DNA of 64,000 nt from Pseudomonadales bacterium. Its GTDB lineage: Bacteria; Patescibacteriota; Microgenomatia; UBA1400; PJMF01. Made by a program: the position numbers and the translations under genes. Under the pieces are notes generated by a model, which had not been told where the DNA came from, ran no database searches, and worked only from the letters and a program-made list of their open reading frames with translations. Of this stretch, positions 28,563 through 37,674 are shown piece after piece. The stretch's first letter is position 1; every line of letters begins with the position of its first letter. The DNA lies in assembly GCA_020632255.1 (NCBI GenBank), contig JACKFX010000004.1, positions 26,515 to 90,514 of the forward strand, given 5' to 3'.

Positions 28563-29762
28563 ATGCCATTTTTTAAGTACGTCGCAAAAAACCAATTTAG
28601 TGAGAATGTCAACGGAAAAGTTGAAGCTCAAAGCATTGAGCAAGCAGCGGCTCTGTTGCAGAGTCGTGGCCTTTTAGTCATCAAGCTCAATCCTCTCACC
28701 GAGCAATCGTTTGCTGTTATCACCAACATGTTGTTTGGTGTTAAAGTTGACGACATTGTGACATTTACCCGCCAACTTTCAACCATGATCACTGCTGGTT
28801 TGCCATTGGCAAATGGCTTGTCCATTTTGGTGAGGCAAAGCAAAGCAGAAATGTCCCGTTTGGTGGCTACTATTCTTCAGGATGTTGAAGGAGGGAATAC
28901 TTTTGCGTCCTCACTCGAAAAAAATAAAGAGTTTAGCAAAGTCTATATCCAACTCGTTCGTGCTGGTGAGGCAGGTGGTGTGCTCGACGAGGTTCTTAAT
29001 CGTTTGGCCGAAAACATGGAGAAGCAGAAGGAGTTTCGTGCCAAAACAAAGGGTGCCATGATTTATCCAATTATTGTGACTATTGCCATGGTCGTTGTTG
29101 GATTTATTATGATGATTTTCGTGATTCCAAAGTTGACCGAAATGTATAAAGACTTTGGTGCGCAGCTGCCACTTCCCACACTCGTGTTGATTGGTATTTC
29201 TGACTTTATGGTTAACTTTTGGTACATTGTGCTTGGTGGTATGGCAGCGGCTTTTGCAGTTTTCTCCAGATGGAAAAAAACCCCAGTTGGCCATTTGCAG
29301 TGGGACTCATTTGTGTTGAAAGTGCCAATTTTTGGTATTTTGCGACAAAAAACTATTTTAACTGAGTTTACACGCACACTTTCACTGCTGTTAGGGTCTG
29401 GTATTTCGTTACTGCAAGCTCTCGAAATTGTGACCGATGGTGTTGAAAACTTGGTGTATCAAAATGCTTTAAAAGAAGCCACAAAGCAAGTGGAAAAAGG
29501 TGTGTCACTAAGTCAATCAATTTCTCGATACGAATCGTTTCCCCCCATCTTACAGCAGATGATTAGTGTGGGTGAAGAAACAGGAAAACTTGATGATGTC
29601 TTGTTTAAACTTTCTAAGTACTTCGAGCAAGAAGCCGAGCAAGCTGTTAAAAACTTAACTGCTGCAATGGAGCCGTTAATTATGGTAGTTCTCGGTGTAG
29701 GTGTAGGTGCAATGGTGATTGCGGTGATTATGCCTATCTACAACCTCACTAGTCAGTTCTAG
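28563..29762 (+). CDS. pilC: Type IV pilus inner-membrane platform protein PilC (GspF family)
   Basis: Two T2SSF repeats with transmembrane helices. The N-terminus is typical of PilC. Confidence 0.88.
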   Translation: MPFFKYVAKNQFSENVNGKVEAQSIEQAAALLQSRGLLVIKLNPLTEQSFAVITNMLFGVKVDDIVTFTRQLSTMITAGLPLANGLSILVRQSKAEMSRLVATILQDVEGGNTFASSLEKNKEFSKVYIQLVRAGEAGGVLDEVLNRLAENMEKQKEFRAKTKGAMIYPIIVTIAMVVVGFIMMIFVIPKLTEMYKDFGAQLPLPTLVLIGISDFMVNFWYIVLGGMAAAFAVFSRWKKTPVGHLQWDSFVLKVPIFGILRQKTILTEFTRTLSLLLGSGISLLQALEIVTDGVENLVYQNALKEATKQVEKGVSLSQSISRYESFPPILQQMISVGEETGKLDDVLFKLSKYFEQEAEQAVKNLTAAMEPLIMVVLGVGVGAMVIAVIMPIYNLTSQF

Positions 29763-30135
29763 TTGCTCTTATTACTTTTATTACTCATCTATAGTTTTCC
29801 TGATGAAGTTGATGAGCTATACCCGAAATAAATGCGAACAACGAAGTGTAAAGAATGGGTTGATTTAGCAGTTAAAATAATAACTCTTAGTTTTTAGCAG
29901 TCAAATATAAACTTTGCTAATGTCCAATAGTAGTATTTTGGATGTATGTAAAGAGTATAGAGTGATTCATAATGTAGTCACTGTTAGGATGGTTTTTTTC
30001 AATCTGTTTAGCAAAGAGTTATTTTGCAACTCGAATAGTACTTGTCAAGCGCTGTCTAATTAGTGTAAAGTAGATTTGCGTATTAGTTTTGGAAATATAA
30101 TTATAAAGCAAAGAAAGTAGTAAGAGGTAACACAT

Positions 30136-30828
30136 ATGAAACTGTCCAAAAGACTCAATTCATTTTTGGCCTCGGCAAAAAGTGCCGCAGGTTTCACCAT
30201 GATCGAACTTCTGATCGTGATTTCAATTCTTGGTATCCTGGCCGTTGCGGTTCTTTCAGCCATTAACCCGGTTGAGCAGATTAATCGTGGTCGTGACACG
30301 GGGTCTCGCTCTGATGCAGAGCAGCTTCTGAGTGCTATCGATCGGTTTAATGCGTTCCAGGGATACTTCCCATGGGTATACAGACCAACAGACGATCACA
30401 CTTTAGAGAATACATCAAATCCAGATGAACCTCCATTTGTGACAGTTGATAATTCTTGGTATGCATACGATGATGGCACTGTTACAGATTGTCCAGTTTT
30501 AACGAGACTTGGTTCAGGTGATACAACCACCGTTGATACGTGTACTGGCGCGCTTGAAGTTAAAGAATCATTTACAACTCGTATTTCTGATGAAAATTCA
30601 ACCCCTTTGTACATTTACAATAGCGGTGATCAAGGAGCAAGTACTTACGTCTGTTTTACTCCTCAATCTGCTGCTTTTGTGCAGGAAGCTGAAGCTCGCT
30701 GTGGTGATGCTGCTGGAACTGGTAACGGAGTTGGTCCAGGACTTCCAGATGATATGGCTGACATTGCTGCCCAAGTCTGTGGAGGATACGGTACAGAACC
30801 AACTCAAATGATGGTCTGTCTCCCATAA
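30136..30828 (+). CDS. Type IV pilin (prepilin with N-terminal cleavage/methylation motif); likely the major pilin
   Basis: G^FTMIELLIVISILGILAVAV class III signal peptide. A long AT-rich promoter region precedes it. Confidence 0.85.
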   Translation: MKLSKRLNSFLASAKSAAGFTMIELLIVISILGILAVAVLSAINPVEQINRGRDTGSRSDAEQLLSAIDRFNAFQGYFPWVYRPTDDHTLENTSNPDEPPFVTVDNSWYAYDDGTVTDCPVLTRLGSGDTTTVDTCTGALEVKESFTTRISDENSTPLYIYNSGDQGASTYVCFTPQSAAFVQEAEARCGDAAGTGNGVGPGLPDDMADIAAQVCGGYGTEPTQMMVCLP

Positions 30829-30946
30829 CAGATTGATCGCTTACGTTTGAAAAAGTTGGCCGCGCTCTGCGAGCGCGGCCATTTTCGTCACCAAGCTCGG
30901 TCTGGTTTTCTTTTTTTTCACATCCAGTGCTATACTGATCCCTGCA

Positions 30947-31765
30947 ATGGCAATCCTTCCGTTTTTGATTCCAGCTCTATTTTTCTTTATTGTCGGGTTG
31001 GTAATTGGCAGTTTTTTAAATGTCGTTATTCTCCGTTCAATTCGTGATGAATCCTGGGTGACTGGTCGATCGCATTGTGATGTTTGCGGAGCCCAGATAG
31101 CTTGGTATGATAACGTTCCCCTCCTCTCTTACCTGATTTTGCGAGGTAGATGTCGGCACTGCAAAAAAGCCATTTCTATTTCGCATCCGGTCGTGGAGGG
31201 ACTGACGGGTGTGTTATTTGTATGGTGGTATGCAGGTTTGTTTTTGTTTTTCAAACTGACCCAAGAGCCATTTGTTGTGTTACAACCTCTCTTTTGGCTC
31301 GCAGTTGCGGCCATTTTGATGGTTATTTTTGTGACTGATGTGTTGGTCTACGTTATTCCTGATAAAGCGGTTGTGGCGCTCTCAGCTTTGGTGGTGGTGT
31401 ATCAGTTAGCTCTGATGTACTCGGGGATCATGCAACCACGGGATTTTATGTGGGCACTGATGGGTATGGCTGTAGCAGTTTTATTTTTCTTTAGCTTATG
31501 GTTTATAACTCGTGGCAGAGGGTTAGGTCTTGGTGATGTTAAACTTATTGCTCCGCTCACTCTTCTCATGGGATGGCCATCGGCAGTGGTGGGTATTTTT
31601 TCCGCTTTTATTATTGGGGCAGTGATTGGAGTTGTCTCAGTAGTGGCTGGCAAGAAGAAGATGAAGCAACCAATTCCGTTTGGACCATTTTTAATTATAG
31701 GCACAGTCATTAGTCTCATTTGGGGCCATGATATTGTCTCTTGGTACCTGAATTTTCTGTATTAA
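30947..31765 (+). CDS. pilD: Prepilin peptidase (A24 family)
   Basis: Zinc-binding CDVCG…CRHC motif and a multi-pass membrane domain. Confidence 0.88.
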   Translation: MAILPFLIPALFFFIVGLVIGSFLNVVILRSIRDESWVTGRSHCDVCGAQIAWYDNVPLLSYLILRGRCRHCKKAISISHPVVEGLTGVLFVWWYAGLFLFFKLTQEPFVVLQPLFWLAVAAILMVIFVTDVLVYVIPDKAVVALSALVVVYQLALMYSGIMQPRDFMWALMGMAVAVLFFFSLWFITRGRGLGLGDVKLIAPLTLLMGWPSAVVGIFSAFIIGAVIGVVSVVAGKKKMKQPIPFGPFLIIGTVISLIWGHDIVSWYLNFLY

Positions 31766-31848
31766 ACAGGGGTTGTCCTATGAATTTTAGTATTTACTCT
31801 GGAGTTCAGAGGGTGACAAGAGGTACTCATATTTAGTAGTATAGTAGT

Positions 31849-32805
31849 ATGCGCATAGTACGATTTTTCGCGAAGTTTACGATAATTCTGTTGATTGTGG
31901 TTGTGGGAGCATTTCTTGTCTCTCGTGAAATTTTGCTGATGATTGGGACGCACAAAGTCGCCACTTCTCTCTCAGATCTCGTGTTAATGTCACACAAAGG
32001 CAGTTATGCATCTAGTTGTAGAGCCAAGGGCGTGTCAGAGTTTTCCTCTCCCGAGGGTCCAGAACTTAGATTGCGATTCATTAGTGATACAGAGTATGTG
32101 CTCGAGGTGAACTGTGTTGAGAACTCGCTTGAGCCGGTTTTGATTTCTCAAGAGGTGTTACCTCCCTTTGTAACCAAAAAACAAGGTGGGTCCGGCTTTA
32201 CCCTTCGTGATGTGCAGAGCGCTGTTGAACTTGAGGTATATCGTGATGTCGAAGTTTTTGTAAGTGAGTGGCTTTTCTTTGAACCAACGTTCATTACTCG
32301 TACCAAGACTATAGCAGCATCGGCTGGAACGGTTGTTGACTCTGCTTCGATCTATGACTTTGAAAATGGTCCAATTACCTCGTGCTCAGGATATGGGTAT
32401 TTTTGTTGTGATGGCATTTCAGAAAAAGGAGTTGGTGACACGATTACAGGTCTAACAGGTTGTGAGAAGAGTTGTTTTTCCCAATGTGTGAGTCGTCCAG
32501 TGGTGCTTTCGTTTACCACTAGTCCGTTTTATGAATACTCGACTAGAACAGTTACCATCAACAAAGGGGATACAGTTGAGTTTAATTATGTGACAGATCC
32601 TGGAAAAGGTAATACTGTCACGGCAACGCTGGCATTCGGAGATGGTGAAACTGAGACAATCCAGCTCGATTCAGCTCAAGCAATGCATCGCTACTCATGT
32701 AATCAAGCTAAATGCAGTTACACTGCAACACTGAGTTTGCTAGATAATTGGGGTGTTGAGTCTGTGCTAACAGATATTAGTAAAGTAATCATTATAGTTG
32801 AGTAA
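31849..32805 (+). CDS. Cys-rich secreted or membrane-anchored hypothetical protein associated with the pilus locus
   Basis: N-terminal transmembrane anchor and about 14 Cys residues (…CSGYGYFCCDG…CEKSCFSQC…). Confidence 0.45.
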   Translation: MRIVRFFAKFTIILLIVVVGAFLVSREILLMIGTHKVATSLSDLVLMSHKGSYASSCRAKGVSEFSSPEGPELRLRFISDTEYVLEVNCVENSLEPVLISQEVLPPFVTKKQGGSGFTLRDVQSAVELEVYRDVEVFVSEWLFFEPTFITRTKTIAASAGTVVDSASIYDFENGPITSCSGYGYFCCDGISEKGVGDTITGLTGCEKSCFSQCVSRPVVLSFTTSPFYEYSTRTVTINKGDTVEFNYVTDPGKGNTVTATLAFGDGETETIQLDSAQAMHRYSCNQAKCSYTATLSLLDNWGVESVLTDISKVIIIVE

Positions 32806-32860
32806 CCAGTTGCTTTTTGAGGCAAACTCTGCCTAGAATGACAACAAGAAAAGGAACAGT

Positions 32861-33295
32861 ATGAAACAAAGTACACAAGCCAAGTCGCTCGGATTTACCC
32901 TTCTCGAGCTGTTGGTTGTTATTTCAGTTATTGGTATCTTGATTGCCATTAGTGCGGCAGCATTCACCACTGCCCAGCAGAAAGCACGTAATGCTAAGCG
33001 TCAAGGAGACATTAACGCAATTGCTAAATCATTCGAACAATATAACGCGACTAATAACGGAAATTATGATTCAAACTGTAGTAACATGTATACTTTTTTA
33101 CCTGGAAGAGCTGCTCCAACTGATCCAAAAGATGGAAGTGATTATCCATGTGGTTTATATGGTAGCACCGCAAATACGTATTGTGTCTGTGCTCACCTAG
33201 AACCAGATAGTAACACCAATGGAAATGCTGCTAACGGCAGTTGTGGAAACTTAGGTCAGCCAGGTTCGTATTTCTGTATGGTTAACCAGCAATAA
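32861..33295 (+). CDS. Type IV pilin / pseudopilin
   Basis: G^FTLLELLVVISVIGILIAI prepilin motif. C-terminal Cys pair. Confidence 0.85.
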   Translation: MKQSTQAKSLGFTLLELLVVISVIGILIAISAAAFTTAQQKARNAKRQGDINAIAKSFEQYNATNNGNYDSNCSNMYTFLPGRAAPTDPKDGSDYPCGLYGSTANTYCVCAHLEPDSNTNGNAANGSCGNLGQPGSYFCMVNQQ

Positions 33296-33304
33296 AGGAT
33301 TTCA

Positions 33305-33727
33305 ATGAGAAACAAAAATAAACAAGCTGGATTTAGTTTAATTGAGCTTTTGGTCGTGTCTACAATCATTATCGTCTTGACGACTATTGGGCTGATGAGT
33401 TTTTCGGCGGCAAGCAAAAACTCACGTGATGCTAAGCGCAAGGCAGATATGGAAACTGTGCGGCAAGGTCTCGTGTTATATCGAGCTGATAAGGGAATGT
33501 ATCCAAGTGGTACTGTATATGGCACGATGGCGCAGGTCTTAGTAGGCGGTGATTACATGACCGATCCATATCCTACTGATCCTAAGAATGTATCTCCCAA
33601 TATCTATTCGTACAGTTCAGATGGGAGTGATTTTTGTGTTTGCGCCAATATGGAAAATAGTAGCAACGCTAGTTCTCCTACGGAATGTCCACAGGGAACT
33701 ACTACGTACTGTGTCGAGAATCCATAA
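33305..33727 (+). CDS. Type IV pilin / pseudopilin
   Basis: G^FSLIELLVVSTIIIVLTTI prepilin motif. Confidence 0.85.
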   Translation: MRNKNKQAGFSLIELLVVSTIIIVLTTIGLMSFSAASKNSRDAKRKADMETVRQGLVLYRADKGMYPSGTVYGTMAQVLVGGDYMTDPYPTDPKNVSPNIYSYSSDGSDFCVCANMENSSNASSPTECPQGTTTYCVENP

Positions 33728-33757
33728 ACACTTGCAAGAAAGAAAAAGCTGCCCATC

Positions 33758-34303
33758 ATGTTAATACTCAAACGCTCAGCCAGAAGGTATTCTGCACAGA
33801 GTTTGCAATCAGGTATTACCCTGATTGAGATGATTATTACTGTGGCTCTGATGTTGATTGTTTTCACTGCTTCGATTGCGGGCTTTTTCCGGTTTAATGA
33901 TCGCCAAACAGTGCAAAACACTGCGAATGAGGTTAAGCAGTTTTTGAGTAGCGCGCGCACGCGCGCGCGCGTCCGCGATAATCCTGATCCCACTGTATGT
34001 TCCGCCCTTCAAGGATATAAAGTTGAGACAAACGGCCAAACCCTTGAGCAAAAGGCTGTATGTGGGTTAGGTAAATTCTCTATATCACAGGAAATAGTGC
34101 GCGATACCTACGACATTCCGACCGGATTGACGGTCACAGACTTTGAAGTCACATATTTTACTCTTCAAGGATTAGCGAACGTTGTGAATAATGACGTGTA
34201 TATTAGCAGAAACAGTAACATTTTTTATTTTCAAGTTCGCTCCTCTGGTGAAGTCACTGAGGGCTGCTATGTCTCTAGTGTAGGAAGCACAACTTGTTTA
34301 TAG
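33758..34303 (+). CDS. Minor pilin / pseudopilin
   Basis: G^ITLIEMIITVALMLIVF prepilin motif. Contains the (GC)n tract. Confidence 0.75.
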   Translation: MLILKRSARRYSAQSLQSGITLIEMIITVALMLIVFTASIAGFFRFNDRQTVQNTANEVKQFLSSARTRARVRDNPDPTVCSALQGYKVETNGQTLEQKAVCGLGKFSISQEIVRDTYDIPTGLTVTDFEVTYFTLQGLANVVNNDVYISRNSNIFYFQVRSSGEVTEGCYVSSVGSTTCL

Positions 34304-34311
34304 TGGAAGAT

Positions 34312-34803
34312 ATGAAACGCACTGCCCGCCTTTTTGCCTTTAGCTCAAAACAAGGTTCAACCCTGATAGAACTTTTGATTGCCACCATGATTGTTGGCAC
34401 TATTGTCACTGCTGTGGCTATTGGTGTCTCAAGCTCTGTTAAAAATAACTCCGAAGCCCGCTACCGTGAGATTGCTACAGTTCTTGCACAGGGAGGCATG
34501 GAGGTGTTGCGCACTGAGCGCGGAAATCTAGGTTGGGCGACCTTCCACAACGATATCACCGAAGGCGATGGTCTGTGTATGCCAGCAGGTATAGACGAGA
34601 TTTCCGATCTCTCTAGCTCACCTGATGATTGCATTATCACCGAGGCGAATATGGATTTTAATCGCTCGGTGGATATTACCAAGGACAGCGGCATCCTTAC
34701 TCAGGATGTGACTGCAGAAATTACTGTTAGCTGGGAGCGCAAATCAGGCTTGACCAGTGAAGTTAAGGTTACACAAATCTTTAAAGATTACAGTAATAAT
34801 TAG
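34312..34803 (+). CDS. Minor pilin / pseudopilin. The ORF opens at 34294; the likely start is MKRTARL at 34312.
   Basis: G^STLIELLIATMIVGTIV prepilin motif. Confidence 0.75.
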   Translation: MKRTARLFAFSSKQGSTLIELLIATMIVGTIVTAVAIGVSSSVKNNSEARYREIATVLAQGGMEVLRTERGNLGWATFHNDITEGDGLCMPAGIDEISDLSSSPDDCIITEANMDFNRSVDITKDSGILTQDVTAEITVSWERKSGLTSEVKVTQIFKDYSNN

Positions 34804-34809
34804 TGTGAA

Positions 34810-35364
34810 TTAATTTCTGAGAGAAACCACTGTTGTAAAATGTTGGGTAGATTCTTCATTGGTAGTGTTGTTAACTGATGGCACAACCTTACTCAGGTCG
34901 AAGTCAATCTGAACAGAACGAGTTCCACTATATGCCTCTGTACAGTCAAACTGCAACGAACCAGGAACAACTGTGACGGCATCAGAAGTCAAGAATACAT
35001 CACTATTTGAAGCTATTTTGGAAACAGAATCATCAATTGCTTCTATGAACTCTGTCACCCCCCCATCTAACGATTCGAGAGCAATACTAGACATGTTACT
35101 CTGACACACCTGTGCAGACGAGTTAGTTGTTAACTGATATGAATTTCGAAGCATAAACTCCATTTGAGACAGCGCATTTGAACCCTCAACCTTGAGAGTA
35201 TTCTTGGTATTGGTTCGTGCGTTAGTAATCAGAAACGTCATAAACATCGACGAAACCGTCAAACTGAGAATTACCATCAGCGACGTCACAATCATCAGCT
35301 CGATGAGCGTAAACCCACTTTGTCTGTTGTTTTTATGTGGACTACCTTCGCTTCTCTGCTGCAT
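34810..35364 (-). CDS. Minor pilin / pseudopilin, in opposite orientation to the rest of the locus
   Basis: G^FTLIELMIVTSLMVILSL prepilin motif. Confidence 0.75.
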   Translation of the reverse strand: MQQRSEGSPHKNNRQSGFTLIELMIVTSLMVILSLTVSSMFMTFLITNARTNTKNTLKVEGSNALSQMEFMLRNSYQLTTNSSAQVCQSNMSSIALESLDGGVTEFIEAIDDSVSKIASNSDVFLTSDAVTVVPGSLQFDCTEAYSGTRSVQIDFDLSKVVPSVNNTTNEESTQHFTTVVSLRN

Positions 35365-35408
35365 ATCCCCACCGGGCCTTCACACTTTTTCTGTAAGTGG
35401 GATTTATT

Positions 35409-36056
35409 TTACTCTATTTGAGTATCATTATCTATGGCTGTGTCTATTAACTCTCTAATAACTTCAGATTTTCCAACCTTTTTTTCTATGGATTTTTTTT
35501 CTAAATATGAGTATTGTTCTCCAGTTATAAATAGATTGAATCTAGTAGTTACATCCTTTTTTGCTTGTTCGAGCGACTCTGAGAGAATAACGTCAATATC
35601 TTTCATTGAATATTCCCAGATTTGTAGTTTTGATTTTTCGATTCCTTCTGCAAAAGCTGGCAAACGGTTTCTAAGATGCAGTAAAATAATTGGCTTGTTG
35701 TTTTGAAGTGCTACATTTAGAAGGTATCCCATTGTTAGACTATGAGTAGACACTTCAAGAATTACAATATCTGCTAATTGAGTATGTCTCATTGCATTTT
35801 TATATCGAAGTTTTTTTTCTTCAAATGAGTCTGAGTAAACTTTTTCTTGATTCATGTCATTTCTGAAATCATCGAGATGTGTATGCCCAAGCTCTAAAAT
35901 GGAATTAAAGATGTGTAATGAGTTTGTAAAAACCTCATCATTACCTCTGGCGGAAGTGGTATAATATATTTTCATTTGAGACATTTTACCATGTGTGTAA
36001 ATACCACACGTCTTATATACGATCTTAGTGGTATAATACCGGGAATGAATACTGCT
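35409..36056 (-). CDS. Nucleoside 2-deoxyribosyltransferase-like Rossmann domain fused to a C-terminal ribbon-helix-helix-like tail. Paralog of the 37111..37674 gene. The start is either MKIYY at 36056 or the Met at 36065.
   Basis: MKIYYTTSARGNDE… and …ADIVILEVSTHSLTMGYLLNVAL…KPIILL match the NDT/DNPH1-like pattern. The C-terminus RFNLFITGEQYSYLEK…GKSEVIRELIDTAI is RHH-like. The canonical Glu next to the G-Y motif is absent. About 33% GC. Confidence 0.55.
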   Translation of the reverse strand, partial: SSIHSRYYTTKIVYKTCGIYTHGKMSQMKIYYTTSARGNDEVFTNSLHIFNSILELGHTHLDDFRNDMNQEKVYSDSFEEKKLRYKNAMRHTQLADIVILEVSTHSLTMGYLLNVALQNNKPIILLHLRNRLPAFAEGIEKSKLQIWEYSMKDIDVILSESLEQAKKDVTTRFNLFITGEQYSYLEKKSIEKKVGKSEVIRELIDTAIDNDTQIE

Positions 36057-37100
36057 GAAAAACAAATATTAGCCAGAAGAAGAGAAAAACCTTTTATTGT
36101 TTCTGATCTTCATATGCATAGTATGGGAGAATCAGTATTTCAGTATATTGAAATAAAAATGCATCAATTGCTCAGGGATGAAAATGCGGAAAAATACGAC
36201 GAAATTTTAGTTATAGGTAGCTATGATAGAAGTGTAATTGTTTCTGAACATGAAAAAGATGGTAAGTTAACAAATTGGCAACGTCCTACTGCTGAGGTAT
36301 TTGAAAATAAATTGATCCTTAAGTGTTTTCCTGGCAAAGATTATGTGCGCCACTATGCATCTCTTGTGGCTTCTTACTTTGCTTTGCAGGGTAAACGTAG
36401 TGACCATGTCTCATATATTTTGCCTACAGAAAAAGAATGCTGGACCGCCGTTGATAGTCTTGCCCTAGAAACGGTAGAAGTTACTGATGCAGTTGTTTTG
36501 GGAGTAGAGCTGTTTAATTTTACTGATGAGAATACCATATGGCAGGGAGATGACGAAATATTTTGGGCAACAGAAAGACTAGAATCTGGCAAACAAGTGA
36601 CATATTTGATTGTGCAATTTAGTTTTTGGGCAGATATTTTATACAGAATTGTTCATAAAATCGCAAAACTAGGACATAAAAAAGTAATTTTTACGGCAAA
36701 ACTTGGTGGAATTGCTGAGGATATAATTCCCAATGCAACTCTAGCCACTGGGAACACAGGTTATATTAATGGCCAATTTATTAAATGGAAGAATGTTTTT
36801 GAGAAGAGTAAGTCTGATTTATTAATGAAGGGGTCACATATCAATTCTCCATCTGTATTATTTGAAGTTTCTGAATGGGTGAACTACTTTCACAAGTTTA
36901 CTTTTGTTGATTCTGAGGTTGGATATTTTGCCCTAGCTGCAAAAGAAGCAAATCTCGATTTTGGTTATATGCATTTTGTTTCAAATAATTTAACAAAAAT
37001 TCATGATGAAGACTTATCGAATGAGAGATCAATTGAGGTTCTAGAGAAAAGAAAAAAACTTAACGCTGAAATTCAAAGATTAATAAAGGAAGTTATTTAG
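36045..37100 (+). CDS. PNP/UDP-1 superfamily protein (purine nucleoside phosphorylase or MTA-nucleosidase-like) with a roughly 200-aa N-terminal extension
   Basis: The C-terminal half aligns by eye to the Pfs/PNP pattern: …KVIFTAKLGGIAEDIIPNATLATGN… resembles the SAGG loop, and …FVDSEVGYFALAAKEANLDFGYMHFVSNNL resembles the DMES…SD C-terminus. The tracked ORF opens at a TTG at 35976; the first ATG in frame with good context is at 36045. Confidence 0.55.
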   Translation: MNTAEKQILARRREKPFIVSDLHMHSMGESVFQYIEIKMHQLLRDENAEKYDEILVIGSYDRSVIVSEHEKDGKLTNWQRPTAEVFENKLILKCFPGKDYVRHYASLVASYFALQGKRSDHVSYILPTEKECWTAVDSLALETVEVTDAVVLGVELFNFTDENTIWQGDDEIFWATERLESGKQVTYLIVQFSFWADILYRIVHKIAKLGHKKVIFTAKLGGIAEDIIPNATLATGNTGYINGQFIKWKNVFEKSKSDLLMKGSHINSPSVLFEVSEWVNYFHKFTFVDSEVGYFALAAKEANLDFGYMHFVSNNLTKIHDEDLSNERSIEVLEKRKKLNAEIQRLIKEVI

Positions 37101-37110
37101 GAGAAAACTT

Positions 37111-37674
37111 ATGAAAGTTCATTTTGCAGCTGCCGTAGATGGTAGTAAAGAAGACTACAAAAATATTTGTAACTTAATTGAAAAAATTGGGCACACAGTT
37201 GTTACTGATCATTACTTAAATAGAACAATTTCGGATATTGAAAAGGAAACACCTGCAGAAGCAGAGTTATACGCAAAAAGATCAATGAGATGGATAAAAA
37301 ATGCCGATGTTGTTGTATTCGAAACATCAAAGCCTGATGTTAGTGTGGGTTATGAACTCGCAGTAGCTGTAAATCTTCTTAAACCAGTTGTTGTTATGTA
37401 CAACAATGAGAAAGCACAGGTCCCAAACAGTATTAAGGGGGTTGAATCAGATAAGCTTCAAATTATTGGATATAGTGAACACACTCTTGAGGAAATACTC
37501 GATATTTCGTTAGAAAATGCACACGATTCTCAAGACGTCCGCTTCAACTTCTTCATCTCCCCTGCAATCGGTAACTACCTTGACTGGATTTCTAAGAACA
37601 AGAAAATTCCACGCTCAGTGTACCTTCGCAACCTTATCCAAAAGGATATGGAAGAAAACGAAGAATATCGCTAA
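37111..37674 (+). CDS. Nucleoside 2-deoxyribosyltransferase-like Rossmann domain fused to a C-terminal ribbon-helix-helix-like tail. Paralog of the 35409..36056 gene.
   Basis: MKVHFAAAVDGSKE…IKNADVVVFETSKPDVSVGYELAVAV…KPVVVM fits the NDT pattern, with Glu retained after G-Y. The C-terminus RFNFFISPAIGNYLDWISKNKKIPRSVYLRNLIQ is RHH-like. Confidence 0.55.
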   Translation: MKVHFAAAVDGSKEDYKNICNLIEKIGHTVVTDHYLNRTISDIEKETPAEAELYAKRSMRWIKNADVVVFETSKPDVSVGYELAVAVNLLKPVVVMYNNEKAQVPNSIKGVESDKLQIIGYSEHTLEEILDISLENAHDSQDVRFNFFISPAIGNYLDWISKNKKIPRSVYLRNLIQKDMEENEEYR

